Source: Camelus ferus (Eukaryota). From it: DNA of 64,000 nt. This document shows, in pieces, positions 22,701 through 33,261 of this stretch; within the stretch, counting starts at the first letter, position 1; each line of letters opens with the position of its first letter. The notes under the pieces were generated by a model, which had not been told where the DNA came from, searched no databases, and saw only the letters and a list, made by a program, of their open reading frames with translations. The translations under genes were made by a program, and so were the position numbers. The stretch spans positions 102,178,001 to 102,242,000 of the forward strand of contig NC_045697.1 in NCBI RefSeq assembly GCF_009834535.1, given 5' to 3'.

Positions 22701-25700
22701 GGATAAATTGGGAGTTTGAGATTTGCATATATTAACTACTATTTATAAAGTAGATAAACAACAAGTTTCTTCTGTATAGCACAGAGAACTATATTCAATA
22801 TCTTATAGTAACATATAATGAAAAAGAATATGAAAAGGAATATATGTATGTATATGTATGACTGAAACATTATGCTGCACACCACAAATTGATACATTGT
22901 AAACTGACTATACTTCAATTAAAAAAATAAAATAAAATTCCTAAAAAAACAGTCTCCAAATAACAAATATTAATAAGGCTATGGAGAAAATAGAACCCTT
23001 GTAGACCGTTGGTGGGAATGTAAATTTGTGCTGCAGCCATTGTGGAAAACAGTATGGAAGTTTCTTAATAAACTAAGAATAGAATCGCCATATGACCCAG
23101 CAATTCCACTCCTGGGTATATATCCAAAGAAAATGAAAACACAAATTTGAAAAGATACATGCACCTCAGTGTTCATAACAGCACTATTTACAATTGCCAA
23201 GATGTGGAAGCAATCTAAGTGTCCATCAACAGATGACTGGATAAAGAAGATGAGATACACACACACACACACATATATACATACACTGGAATATTACTCA
23301 GTCATAAAAAAGAATGAAACTCTGTCATTTGCAACAATGTGAAGGGACCTAAAGGGTATGCTTAGTGAAATAAGTCAAACAGGGACAGACAGATACTGTA
23401 TGTTATCCCTTATATGTGGAATCTGAAAAATAAAATGAATGAATAAAACAAAACAGAAATAGGCTCACAGATATAGAGAACAAACTAGTGGTTACTAGTA
23501 GGGAGAGGGAAGTGGGGAGGGGCAAAATACAGGTAGGGGATTAAGAGGTATGAACTACTCTGTATGAAATAAATAAGCTACAAGGACATATTGTACAGGA
23601 CAGGGAATATAGCCAATATTTTATAATAACTATAAATGGAGTAAAATCTGTAAAAATATTGAATCACTATGTTGTACACTTGAAAGTAACATAATATTTT
23701 AAATCAACTATATTTCAATTAAAAAAAACAGAAAATGGGAAAATATAAACTGTGGGTTATCTCATATGTTTACTATCAATTCTCTTTTCTCTATCAGGTC
23801 CCTGAAATCAGTTTCAGTATATATCACAACCAAGTTATTTGAGTCGTAATAAGCACAATGCAATAAATATGCTGGAATCTAGGTCTTCCTCTGTTAATGT
23901 TTGTCAGCATTGCTTAATGATAGAGACATCTTAGAAAGCAGAGATTGTGTATGTTTAATTTAAAGATTTTTTAAACTTTTCCCAATTATATTTTATGATT
24001 ATTTTCACAGAAAATTTAGAAAGTATTAAAAAGCAGGGAAGAAAATTACCTCCAATCCCAACACTGAGAGATAACCCTGGGATGTTTCTCTTCTGTATTT
24101 TTGCTTTAGTTTTGATTTAGTTCATTTATCACAGAAAACCACACAGATAAGTACTTATTAAATATATGGATATGATAATAATGGCTGGAAATCTAGTATC
24201 CATCTGCTTTTGTTGGTAACTTACCTGGACTTTGAGTGTTAGGGCTCGTTTGAGGAGATGCAGTTAAAATATAACCTATAAAGACATTTAGGAAAATTAT
24301 TTAAAATGTGCATCTCCAGTAGATTCATAGATGTTTTCAAGAATCCTCTAGAAAGCAAAGGAAAAAAAATCCATGGCAAGAATGTTAAATTCAACTTCCC
24401 AAATTCAAATCAGTGTGAGTCAATTTCGAGATACAGTCTCTTCTTTCCCCTCTTAGAAATTTTTCCCCAGGAGTTCATAGTGGAGTGTTCATTTCTCTCT
24501 AAAAATCCAATTTCACCCTAAGCTAGAGCTTTATAGGTGTGGTAACTAATCTACAGATCATCTCAGGCTGACCTTGAGGTGTCACTGAAGTTTAGAGATG
24601 AAAGGGATTTTCGATGCCATCTATTTATTCTGTGTTTTATTAAATAGGCAGGAGGAAACTGAGGCTCATGGGGGTCAATTGCCCACAGTTAAACTAGTCT
24701 GCAGCAGAATTCTGGTCATCGGTCATTTCTGCAACTGTTATTGAGTGCCGACTAGGTGCCCAGCAGTGCAGGGGATGCATACATGAAGACACGGGTTTCA
24801 CTTTAAGAAATTTAGAGTGTCGTGGTCCCTGAAATCCAGTTCAGAACTCATTCCTGCAACAGCTAAATGGAGAGAAAGCTTCTCTTCTTGGATCGCTGAA
24901 GAAAAAGGAGATGCCCACTTTCTCAGTCATTCTAAGCATGTGCTGTTCAGCCTGGTGTGCCTGCAGGTGTGTGTAGTGAGAACCCCAGGGTAATTCATGG
25001 TCTATCTACGCAGAACTCTCTCCAAGAACTTCCTAGCATCAGAATCCGATTTTCAAATTAAAGCTTTGGCTTTTCCTTGAACGCCCTATATTTTCTCCTG
25101 TCTCAGAACTTTCATCCTCTCCCTCCCCTCTCCCTCCAGCACCCTTCCCCCTGATTTCACAGGGTTGGCCTCCTCTCACTGTTCAACTCTCATCATCGTT
25201 GGCACTAACTCAGAGAAAAATTTCCTGCCGCCCTTCTCTCCATCAGCCTCCTGCCTTATGTTCATCGCCTTCCCTGGTTTAATTTTCTTTGCGTTATTTT
25301 TCACTGTCTGTTCTCATTTTAATGATCAATAATTTAGGAAGCACTGTGCGCTGACAGTTTGTCACAAGGAGCGTTCCAGAGTTGTGAGGCATTTGAGGTG
25401 ACAGATGGTCACCTGGTCAAATGGTCGTCTCCGTCAATATTGCCTTAATGAAAACCTCTGCACATTCTGACAGTCATCAAGTTTCCTTCCCCCGTCATTT
25501 TGGTGACCGATACTACACCAAATGTAAATGGATTTGGTTTTTTGAAGTTCAGAAGTTATTAATATGTTGGATCACTATGTAAATTTAAAGAAGTCATAAA
25601 CAGCATTTATTACCTTTGTTAAAAAAAAATCCTGTTTAACGTCTGTGTTCCCTCGCACTGCCTGCCCCCACCTGCCCTGATGGCACCTGCATCCTGAGCG

Positions 25701-27697
25701 GGAGCCCGCATGTCTGACTGCCCTGGCCTCTGTGCTTGGCACCCCACACATAGTTACTGAATGAACCAGTGAGTGAATGAATTCAGGAAGCAGGAATCAA
25801 ATCATTTCGAAAACGTTACTGCCCATTGGGAGGATGACATCTGATACATGTAGAATTAGAAATAGTGGCTTTATCCTTAAGGATTACTGGAGAAAGAAAA
25901 CAATCTTTTTTTTTTCCTTCCTCATTCTTTCCAGGTTCTCCTCCCAACTAATGAGTAAGGGGCGGGGTAGGGAGGGGGGCATCTTTCCCAACATCTTTCT
26001 ATTATTCTATAAAGTAGTCACATTAAGAGGGTTTCTTTGAGGATTTCAGATGTAAGGATGATGACAGCTGTGGCACTGGAGACTAAGGCAGGCCTCAAAG
26101 TCACTTGGTTTTGACGACCTTCTGGTGGAGTCTCATTTAAGGCCTTAATCCACTATCAGCTTGAGCACTGGTTTCATGAATTTCTTTCTTTTCCAGGAGT
26201 CCTTTCCAAATATCGTGCTTCCCCCACCACCAATAGGTAATGTGTCTAATATGAGAGAGTATTTGCCCTTTGCCCTCTGGAACAAAACAGCGAATGCCTC
26301 TGGTCTCTTCTGTGTGACAGCTCTACAGATATTTGATTATATTTAAATACTAGGCTGCATTCCTTCCACATGTTTTCTTTTCTTCAACTTAATGTTTTCA
26401 TACTTTGCTACTTAAAAAAAAAATTAGAGCAACTTTTTTATTTTCCCGTAATTTCCCATTCTCCCTGACTTCTGAGAAGTCACCATCACGTACCCAGGTT
26501 TGTTTCCTAGTTTGTAATTATTATCATAGCTAAATACTCATTTACCTCTTTACTATGTGCTGGGCGCTGGAGTAAGTACTTTACGGTAATTACTTTCTTT
26601 AGTCTTTATGTGATTCCTAGGAGGCAGGTACCAGCATGGTCTGCATTTTACAGACAAGGACACTGAGGCAAAGAAAGGGTAGGTCGTTTGCCTCCTTGTT
26701 CCCCGGGCTCTCCGATGTGAAGCCAGGTTTGACCCTAGTTCTGCCTGTCTTTCACATCTGTGCTTTAACCATGACACTCTTTTTACCCGCTCATGTATCT
26801 TAGAAAATGCTGGCTCCCTCCCCCATCCAGCAGCAGATCCTTGAGACTTGCTCTAACTCGAGTGACAGCCACGTCTGCGGGGCTAGAGACATTCCAAGTA
26901 ATGGCCTGCTCCTGATCTACGTGCTGGGCACTAGTATTTCTGACACATAAACACTGCATTTAAGAAGACGTTAACCATGACATTCTCAGGAAGAGGTCAA
27001 GAATAATGCTAATCTGATACAACTTCTTAATGCACCTGTGTTATTTCTTTATTTTAATGAATTGATTTCGATTTCTCCCCAAACCACATAACACCTAAGC
27101 CAATAAGAGCTCTTTCTTTCTTTCTTCCTTTTTCACTGCATCACACCTCACGAAGTGGGCCACAAAGTGGGAAACAACCCCCCTGTGGATTCAGAGTTCA
27201 TGCTTGTGGCTTGTACATTTTTGGCAGGAGAAGGAGGAAATTATAATTTTGGGGGGGAAATTTCTTGAAAACTGAGGACTGTACATCCACCATCACCTTC
27301 CTTAATGACTCTTTAATTTACAAGTTAAACTCATTGAAACACCAACAGAGCAACACATTCCTTCACAGCAGAGATGTTTCCCATAATATTTGATAAAATT
27401 CTTTTAAGTCTAGCTGGGGAACAGAAGCATGCTTCTCATACTGGAAAATTGTGATTCAGCCGCAGTTACTGGGCCCCCTTGTGTCATTTTCTCTACTTTA
27501 CCAGCTGAGTCCCAGTAAAAATCCATCCACCAAACTGGGATCTGAGATACTACTCATTTATACATTCATTTAAGTTAGATAGGACTAAAATGTTGCTCTT
27601 TTGACCTATAATCCTATATCCCATGTAACAGCATCACGTTTAAAAAAAAATTCCACTTACCTGACAGTAGTAGTGCAATGATTATTTTCCTCTGCAT
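4673..27697 (-). CDS. GYPA: Glycophorin A-family gene, spliced CDS join(27697..27661,24275..24225,10290..10228,8285..8250,6549..6467,4714..4673), 103 aa
   Basis: Six coding exons with GT-AG boundaries and compatible phases (37+51+63+36+83+42=312 nt). Product has a signal peptide, an S/T/P-rich ectodomain, a glycophorin TM ([19 protein letters not shown]) and a KRR stop-transfer. The GYPA-type tail exon and 3' UTR favour GYPA over GYPB/E. Confidence 0.9.
6467..6549 (-). CDS. GYPA: GYPA exon 5, transmembrane (83 nt, [28 protein letters not shown])
   Basis: ttttctctcgcccag|TAATAAC...ATAAAG|gtgagg. Glycophorin TM signature, visible inside ORF 6437..6673. Confidence 0.95.
7857..8160 (+). mobile_element. 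L1 3' end fragment with A-rich tail (GYPA intron 4)
   Basis: gtggttaccagtggggag...gaggtacaaacta...ctacaaggatatattgtacagcatggg...ctatacctcaataaaaa, nearly the same as 23490-23730. Confidence 0.9.
8250..8285 (-). CDS. GYPA: GYPA exon 4 (36 nt, [12 protein letters not shown])
   Basis: ttttgtctttttag|AAGTGCC...GCACCAG|gtatgttagtatttgac. Homologous to human GERVQLAHHFSEP. Confidence 0.9.
9085..9270 (+). mobile_element. MIR SINE
   Basis: ctctggatcaagacagaa...tgtgtggtcttggacaagtgacttaatttctctgtgctttag. Confidence 0.75.
9720..9960 (-). mobile_element. MIR SINE
   Basis: ttctcatttaatcttt...ccccattttcaaattaagaagacaggc. Confidence 0.65.
10228..10290 (-). CDS. GYPA: GYPA exon 3 (63 nt, [21 protein letters not shown]); NAGNAG alternative start at 10287
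   Basis: First AG after the branch point/polypyrimidine tract (ttctcag|CAG), donor CAAG|gtttgt. Flanks resemble the human exon 2/3 flanks (cacctcattcttaatccctttc; ctctggagtcattgtt). Phase 1-1. Confidence 0.75.
11330..11425 (-). mobile_element. tRNA-derived SINE, Vic-1-like (camelid)
   Basis: Minus strand GGGGTGGGTCTAGCTCAGTGGTAGAGTGCATATCTAGCATGCACAAGGTCCTAAGTTCAATCCCCAGTAC plus A-tail; pol III A and B boxes. Confidence 0.85.
12230..12780. mobile_element. L2 remnant
   Basis: tatttattcac...catgtctactttgtactagg...gactttggacttt...ttttgggaagatcactg. Confidence 0.6.
16130..16975 (-). mobile_element. L1 element: 3' UTR/ORF2 C-terminus (16130-~16525) fused to an upstream L1 segment
   Basis: tttttattgagctagagtcagtttacaatgctgtg...gattccacatataggtgatatcatatggtatttt. 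ORF 16301..16510 starts MISPICGI, the L1 ORF2 end. Confidence 0.85.
19186..19510. mobile_element. MER58B-like hAT-Charlie DNA transposon, flanked by MER5-like pieces
   Basis: aaagggagaatgagtaaaaatttaggctttgcagg...gcagccacagacaatacg...atggacactcaaattttaatttcat...ggatttggcccc. Confidence 0.75.
20030..20700 (+). mobile_element. Old L1 ORF2 5' (endonuclease-region) remnant
   Basis: A-rich; atggattaaattt...ttagattgagtcaaaa...attagacaaagtcgaactaaaggcaaa...acaatagcagtgagaagttttaa. Confidence 0.6.
21290..21465 (+). mobile_element. MIR SINE
   Basis: ggactccagagccagacggcctggcttcaaa...gaccttgggcagtttactt...gtaaaatggggataataat. Confidence 0.8.
21500..21750 (+). mobile_element. L1 ORF2 fragment
   Basis: cttaaaattcatatggaa...gaatagccaaaataac...acttactacaaagcagtggtaatcgaaacagtgtggtat. 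Confidence 0.85.
22100..23730 (+). mobile_element. Older L1 ORF2-end/3' UTR (22100-22229, 22950-23730) interrupted by a younger L1 3' fragment (~22230-22945)
   Basis: The ORF2 C-terminal motifs appear twice ([10 protein letters not shown]...MISLICGI; ggaatattactcagtcataaaaaag), each followed by a different 3' UTR and A-tail. Confidence 0.9.
24225..24275 (-). CDS. GYPA: GYPA exon 2 (51 nt, [17 protein letters not shown])
   Basis: ttttcctaaatgtctttatag|GTTATATT...AGTCCAG|gtaagt. Phase 1-1; completes the signal peptide (LLLSGYILTA) and begins the mucin-like domain. Confidence 0.85.
26540..26780 (-). mobile_element. MIR SINE
   Basis: tactatgtgctgggcgctg...cattttacagacaaggacactgaggcaaag...ccaggtttgaccc. 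Confidence 0.75.
27661..27697 (-). CDS. GYPA: GYPA exon 1 coding part ([12 protein letters not shown])
   Basis: caggATGCAGAGGAAAATAATCATTGCACTACTACTGTCAG|gtaagtgg. 37 coding nt, matching the recalled human exon 1 (MYGKIIFVLLLS). Confidence 0.95.
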
Positions 27698-27754
27698 CCT
27701 GATCTCATGAACTGGCTTGCTAAGGTCAGTGCCAGAAGACCACCAGGGACGACT
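27698..27754 (-). other. GYPA: GYPA 5' UTR; TSS inferred near 27754
   Basis: agtcgtccctggtggtcttctggcactgaccttagcaagccagttcatgagatcagg resembles the human GYPA leader. The proximal GATA site then lies at about -36. Confidence 0.65.
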
Positions 27755-27784
27755 GAAGTGGCATCTGTGACCTCAGCCTGCACG

Positions 27785-27835
27785 CTGTTATCTTTCAGTC
27801 CACTTTCTCCAGGCATCAGCTGATAGGCTGGGCGT
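27785..27835 (-). promoter_or_regulatory. GYPA: Erythroid TATA-less GYPA promoter: GATA (27788-27793), overlapping E-box CAGCTG (27817-27822) and GATA (27821-27826)
   Basis: Minus strand reads cctatcagctgatg...ctgaaagataacagc, the same GATA/E-box/GATA layout as the GATA1/SCL-bound human GYPA promoter. Confidence 0.85.
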
Positions 27836-29929
27836 CATTTTTGAATTATGCAAAATTGTGAAACGCCTGTCAATAAAGATACGTGGGTATCTGCTTAACG
27901 AAGATTATGAAAGGGTCCAGTCCAGTCTTCACTTCAGGGAACTGGCAGCTACGTGTTAAATTTACTTTGCATAAATTCAGTGGGCATCGTGAGGCAGTAG
28001 TGCTAGCAGAAAGAGGGACCCTCAGATTGGAAAGCCCACCAAACAGCTGGGTCCTTGCCTGCTGATTGAGAAGGAATTCTCAGTAGAAGCAGAGGGACAA
28101 AGTGAAAACACACACACGGACACAGAAACACACAAAACTGCTTTATTGCTCAGAAAGAGATGGAAAAACAGCAACAAAACAAAACAACAAAAACACTCGA
28201 GTAGGGAGCCATCAGCCAGGGAGCGGGTTGAGACAGCTCCAGCTCCCAGTTGGTTCTTTTACTGGAAGGCTCTGACACTGTGATCTCCCTTCTGATGCTG
28301 CCAGCCATCTTCTGCTACGGGCTCTTCCTCCCACGGAGCTCAGCCCTAAGACAGAAACTTTGGCGGGAAAAGAGAGAAGAAAGAAAGAGATACTGGGGTA
28401 TGTCCTTGGGATTATGCAGCAGTTGTGGAAGATAAAACGTCTTATTGTATGGCTGTGTCCTGGGAACCAAGGGGCCAGCTGCCGGATAAGAGGAAGTGTC
28501 CTGTTTTTCAGCAGCCTGGCATCTTCTTTCCCTTGTTGATAACCAGCCAGGGCCAGTCAGCCTGTCTAATCACCTCTCCCAGCAGCAGCCAGGAGCCGCC
28601 CGGCTGGACAGCCAAGAGACAGACTGAAGGCCTGGGATGAGGGCCAGGCTGAGGGCGCTATTGCGGAACTAGGAACCTTCTCGTTTTTCACGTGGAGATC
28701 CTTGGCCAGGGTGAACGTGACTTCCTCCATAAGAAATAAATGTATGTGAGAACTGTAATTACCATCAGAGGGCTCTAAGGGCTGAAGACACTCTCCACCT
28801 CATGGCAAGTCATGCAGCGATGTAAGAATTCACGAGACACAAGAAATCTTTAACCCAAGTTAGAGTTTGAACTGAAAAGCTAGTGCCCACACAGCTACAG
28901 AGTGGTTTCTCTCCAAACACACCTCACTACGTAAGTGGGAATGAACGCCAAGGCAATACAGGTGAACACTCAAAACACCAAACAGACAGACAAACTCAAA
29001 ACTTTGTTGCAAAGCAGGTTAAGATGAGAGGTATGGGCATCTGAGGAAGATCAGTTTGAAAGGGAGGCAGAGGAAAAACAACTGAATTCTACCTCAAACA
29101 GCTCAAATGGTGTTTGGCTACTCCACCTAAAACTTCTTACTTTTCTAAGATTTGTTTTTAAAAGTCTTCCCTGCTTGGCCCAGAAAATCAATTTGCGATG
29201 TTAGCTTATTTGTGAAATATGCTGTATTTATATTTTTACCCAAATATGGTTTTAAAAAGAACCGTTTCTGAAAATGATCTTTGCAGCTTTAGGAAGTTGA
29301 GCCACAGAGGAAAAAAAATTTACTAGGGAAAAGATGGAGATAAATGTTGGTTAACATGTCAGAGAAGGGGGGCCTGAGATGGAAGGCTGGATGGGGAGCT
29401 GAGATGCAGACTTGGAAGAGACTGAGGGGTCACAGAGGGGCATTTTGAGAGACAGTGCAAGATCGTCAAGCCTCAGAATCCTGGAGCCCCTCTGAAGGTC
29501 CTGCCAATGCATGCAAGGTAACTGTAGCAAAATTTACAGATAGTCAAATTTAACCAATATTTAGTAAACCAACAGCTTGCTTAAATTCAGTATTTGCTGC
29601 AGGGGGATATCAGCTTGGGCTGCAGACATTTTTCTCAACAGATAGCCAAATAAAGGAGATCTTTGGGATATTAATATGAGCAATAAAGAATATTCCACAT
29701 GATTTTATATTTTAATGGGACAGCAACTAGCATGAGCCTTAAAAATGCAATTTCCCTTTGAAAATGGGTAAATAAATTAGGCATTATCCTCACAATGGAC
29801 TTTTAGGCAGCTATTAAAATCATGATTTCAAAAAGAGTTGATATGGAGACTCAGGAGAAAATAGGTAAGTGGAAAACAGCAAGCTCCAAAATTGTATATA
29901 CAAAAATGAACTCCTGTTTGAATCTTTTT

Positions 29930-30250
29930 TCCTCTGTGCTGTGTTACCACTGCCTGGGACACACTTGTGTGAAGTACGTGGCCTACTTCTATTCTGCTTA
30001 GGATCTCAGTTTAATAGTACTTCCTCCAGGAAGCCTTCCCTGACTTCCTCTATCTACATCAGAGGTCCCTGCTCTGCTCTCACAGTGTACACTGTTCCTC
30101 CCTTGTCATAAGACTTAGCATATTGCATTGCAGTCATTTTTGTGTCCCCACTGGACTATAAGTGCTAAGCAGGCCTGCCCTGTCTGTGGCTATCTCATTT
30201 GCCACTGAGTGCTTGGGGCACGGTTGACAATAAATATTTGTCAGATCAAT
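29930..30250. mobile_element. L2 remnant
   Basis: acttcctccaggaagccttccctgac...cccactggactataag...caataaatatttgt. Confidence 0.7.
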
Positions 30251-30326
30251 AAGTACCAAGTGAATATTGCAGTGCAGAGGAAAGTAACCTCTCTCAGGCA
30301 GTCTTGGGGAACAGAAGCCACTTTTT

Positions 30327-30330
30327 AGAT

Positions 30331-30376
<46 letters not shown>
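30327..30376. repeat. (AGAT)n tetranucleotide microsatellite
   Basis: About 11 perfect AGAT units. Confidence 0.95.
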
Positions 30377-30379
<3 letters not shown>

Positions 30380-30939
30380 CTCCTATATCATATCTTAGCT
30401 TCAGGTTACCCCCTGTATGGAAGTCCCTTGCTAAGGGCAGGAAGGAGAAAAGGAAACTCAGCCTAAAATCCAGCTTCATATGCTCTTTAGCCTGAATTGA
30501 TCAGCCTCTGAGAACACTTTTCTTCATGACACCTCGTGCTTTCCTGGACAATCTCTTCATTCATCATCCTTGAAGCTCCTGAAGTATTTACACACACTGG
30601 TTCATTTGTTATCCTGCACGGTCCCTTTTCTTGGATCTGTAGGTCCTGTGTCCATTGTTCTAGTTCCAGCATCTGGCAGAGTACCCTGGATGACCCCTAA
30701 GTGAAAATGAGGCCACAGGAAAGGAAGAGAGGCTTTGCTCTTGGTTACCTGGAAGGACTAGGTAGGTCCTAATACCTGGGGAGTGGCAACTGACCTGGGA
30801 TCAAGGATGGGTTTGCAGCTCCCTTCAGGTTGACACTACCTGGTCTGATTAGACAGACAAAATCTGTAAGGCTCTGAGCATAGAAACTGGAGGTCAGACC
30901 CAGCATTACACACAGGGTGTGTGGAAGCAGAACTGTATG

Positions 30940-30953
30940 GTGCCCTCTAGTGG
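30940..30953 (-). promoter_or_regulatory. Candidate CTCF site about 3.2 kb upstream of the GYPA TSS
   Basis: CCACTAGAGGGCAC on the minus strand matches the CCASYAGRKGGCRS core. Confidence 0.6.
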
Positions 30954-31999
30954 TGGATCTGCATAATGGAAGGAAAAATGTGAAACCTGAAAATGAAACG
31001 AAAATGTAGTAAGACATTGGAGTATGCTTTTCCCTTTCAGGCATGTCTCCAGTCTTTATATTCTTACTGAAGATACATGTTCAAGATTGCCATAAAATCC
31101 TACCTGTGAGATATATCATGCAAATGTGTCAGACAAATCTACCTATCTTTTGAGAATTTTGATTTTATGCCTTCAAACATAAAAACCTTATCCCATTCTT
31201 GGTACTGGATGTTCTTAGGCAATTTTTTCTTATTGTCATTTGTCAAGGAGAAGGACACCATTGGTCAAGGAGAAGAATGAATTAAATGTTGCAAACTAGG
31301 AAAGTCAACTTGATCTATCGGCCTCGCTCAGACTTGTTTCATGACAGAGCTGTTACTTTTTGTCAATTATTTATGCTCCATCTAGTTTAGGATCACCTTA
31401 TTCCTGAAGATGGTTGCAGGCTAGTCTGGTCAGTCTGTGGAGAAGTCTGCTTTTCACGTTTCGTATGGAGGCTCAGGAAAGTTGAGACATGGTACTTGCA
31501 CTGTTGGCCCCTTTGGTATCTTGTCACCTTGGAATCGCCAGTCTACTTCGCCAGGGTGGTTTAACTTCTTAACTTGACCTTCTTTTGTTATCTTATCATT
31601 TCAAAATTAAAACAAAATAAACATAAATTTAGACAAATCTGACCCTCAAAACAACCCTATTAGGGAGGCAGAATGATATTATCATTTTTCTCTGATAGGT
31701 TAGAAAACTAAGGGTGGATGAGAAATGGCAAATATATTCATTGATTTGATGAGGCCCCAAGTGTTTTTTAAATGTATTGATTTAGTTGCCAATATTTAAA
31801 AGGAAATATATTTTAATTAAACATCAGGACGAGATTTGATTAAAAAATCTGGCCCCTCTTAAACCAGAGGAAGATCTGTCAAGAGTGAGCTTGCATTTCT
31901 GCATGGTGATGGTCCACTGGAGCTGGGGATTGGCCGTCCTGTGGGACAGTTAAGCTTTCTCATTAAAGTCCTACACCTGATGCTTGCTGCGGTTGCTGC

Positions 32000-32400
32000 A
32001 CACAGCTTAGACTACGTTATCCTCTGCCAAAACCTCAGAACCACACTGTCTTGCAGCAGCATTGGCTCATTTCCTGCTCACAGTCCTTTTTGCGTGCGAT
32101 GGCTGCAGGTCTCAGGAAGAAAGAGCAGCCCCTGTGTGGAATATGCTGTCCTTGTTGCTGAGGGAAAGGAAGAATGGCCGGATGGGACAATGGCTTTTAA
32201 TGCTCAGACACCGCATATGCCGCTTTTGCTCATGTTCTACTGGCCACAGCAAATCAGAGGCCAAGCTGCCATCAATGGGGCAAGGAAGTATACCTCCTCC
32301 AAAGGAAAAGCCTGCAAGTCGTATGGCAATGGTGAGGATGTATAAAACACTTATAGGAGGGCCAGTGATAACTGAGAACAGTAATACAATCAACCACATT
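32000..32400 (-). mobile_element. MLT1-like (MaLR) LTR remnant
   Basis: catgttctactggccacagcaaatcagaggccaagctgccatcaatggggcaaggaagtatac. Confidence 0.55.
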
Positions 32401-33261
32401 CATTGATACTCTCTGTCTAGCTCCTTTCTGCATTTGGGCTTGCAAATCCAGTTTAGACAGTTAGGAGACTGTTCAAGATCCTTTAGCTATGAGATTTCAC
32501 CCAGGTCCTGGTTTCCTTTCTTTACAATTTTAACATAATGTGCTGTGTTTTGGAGGCATGCTAAATAACACTGAAGAAGTTGGAAACTCTCACTACGTGG
32601 TGAGTAGGCAGTGAACAACGGCTCCAGGCTGCCTCTAAGCCCATTGTATTATCCTCCTGGAATCAGGAATCATGTGTCGTCTTTCAGCTAAGGATTAAAC
32701 AGGTCTATTTTGTTCTGCATCCGTTTAATGATGCAGCAAATGATTAGTGAACTCCTGCCAAGTGCTGGGGATACAACCTTCCGAAGTTCGAGTTTCCCTG
32801 CAGGAACTTACAGCTTACCTGGGAAACAAACACGAAAGAAGGCAGTTCTGGACACTATGGAGTGTCCAGGGCTGTGTGATAGTGGGCAAAGGGCACTCTG
32901 GGAGTACATGAGAGGCTCTTAACTCAAATACAGCGTTCTGGAAAGGCTTTCCAGAGAGAGCAATGAGACCTGGAGAGTGAGTAACCAGGTCAAGGGAGAA
33001 GAGGGCACATTCCAGGCAGAGAAGGCAGCAGGAGTAATGGTCTGGAATTGAGAGACAGCACTGTAGTAGTTTGCACAACTGTTTGAAATTCTAAGGACAC
33101 ACGATGTGCACGTTTGCACTTTGCAGTGTCTAGGAGGTCGGTTCACTCTGCCCGTTACCTTTGTAAACATGCAGTTGGCCCTGGTTCTCTACATGAAGAA
33201 ATACTGGGGGTAGCTTATCCGCAAAAGATAAAGGATAAATATACAGTAAATTCTTACATTT

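Noticed and set aside
30327..30376. (AGAT)n as a GATA1 site array
   Set aside because: Common microsatellite; motif content alone is not evidence of function.
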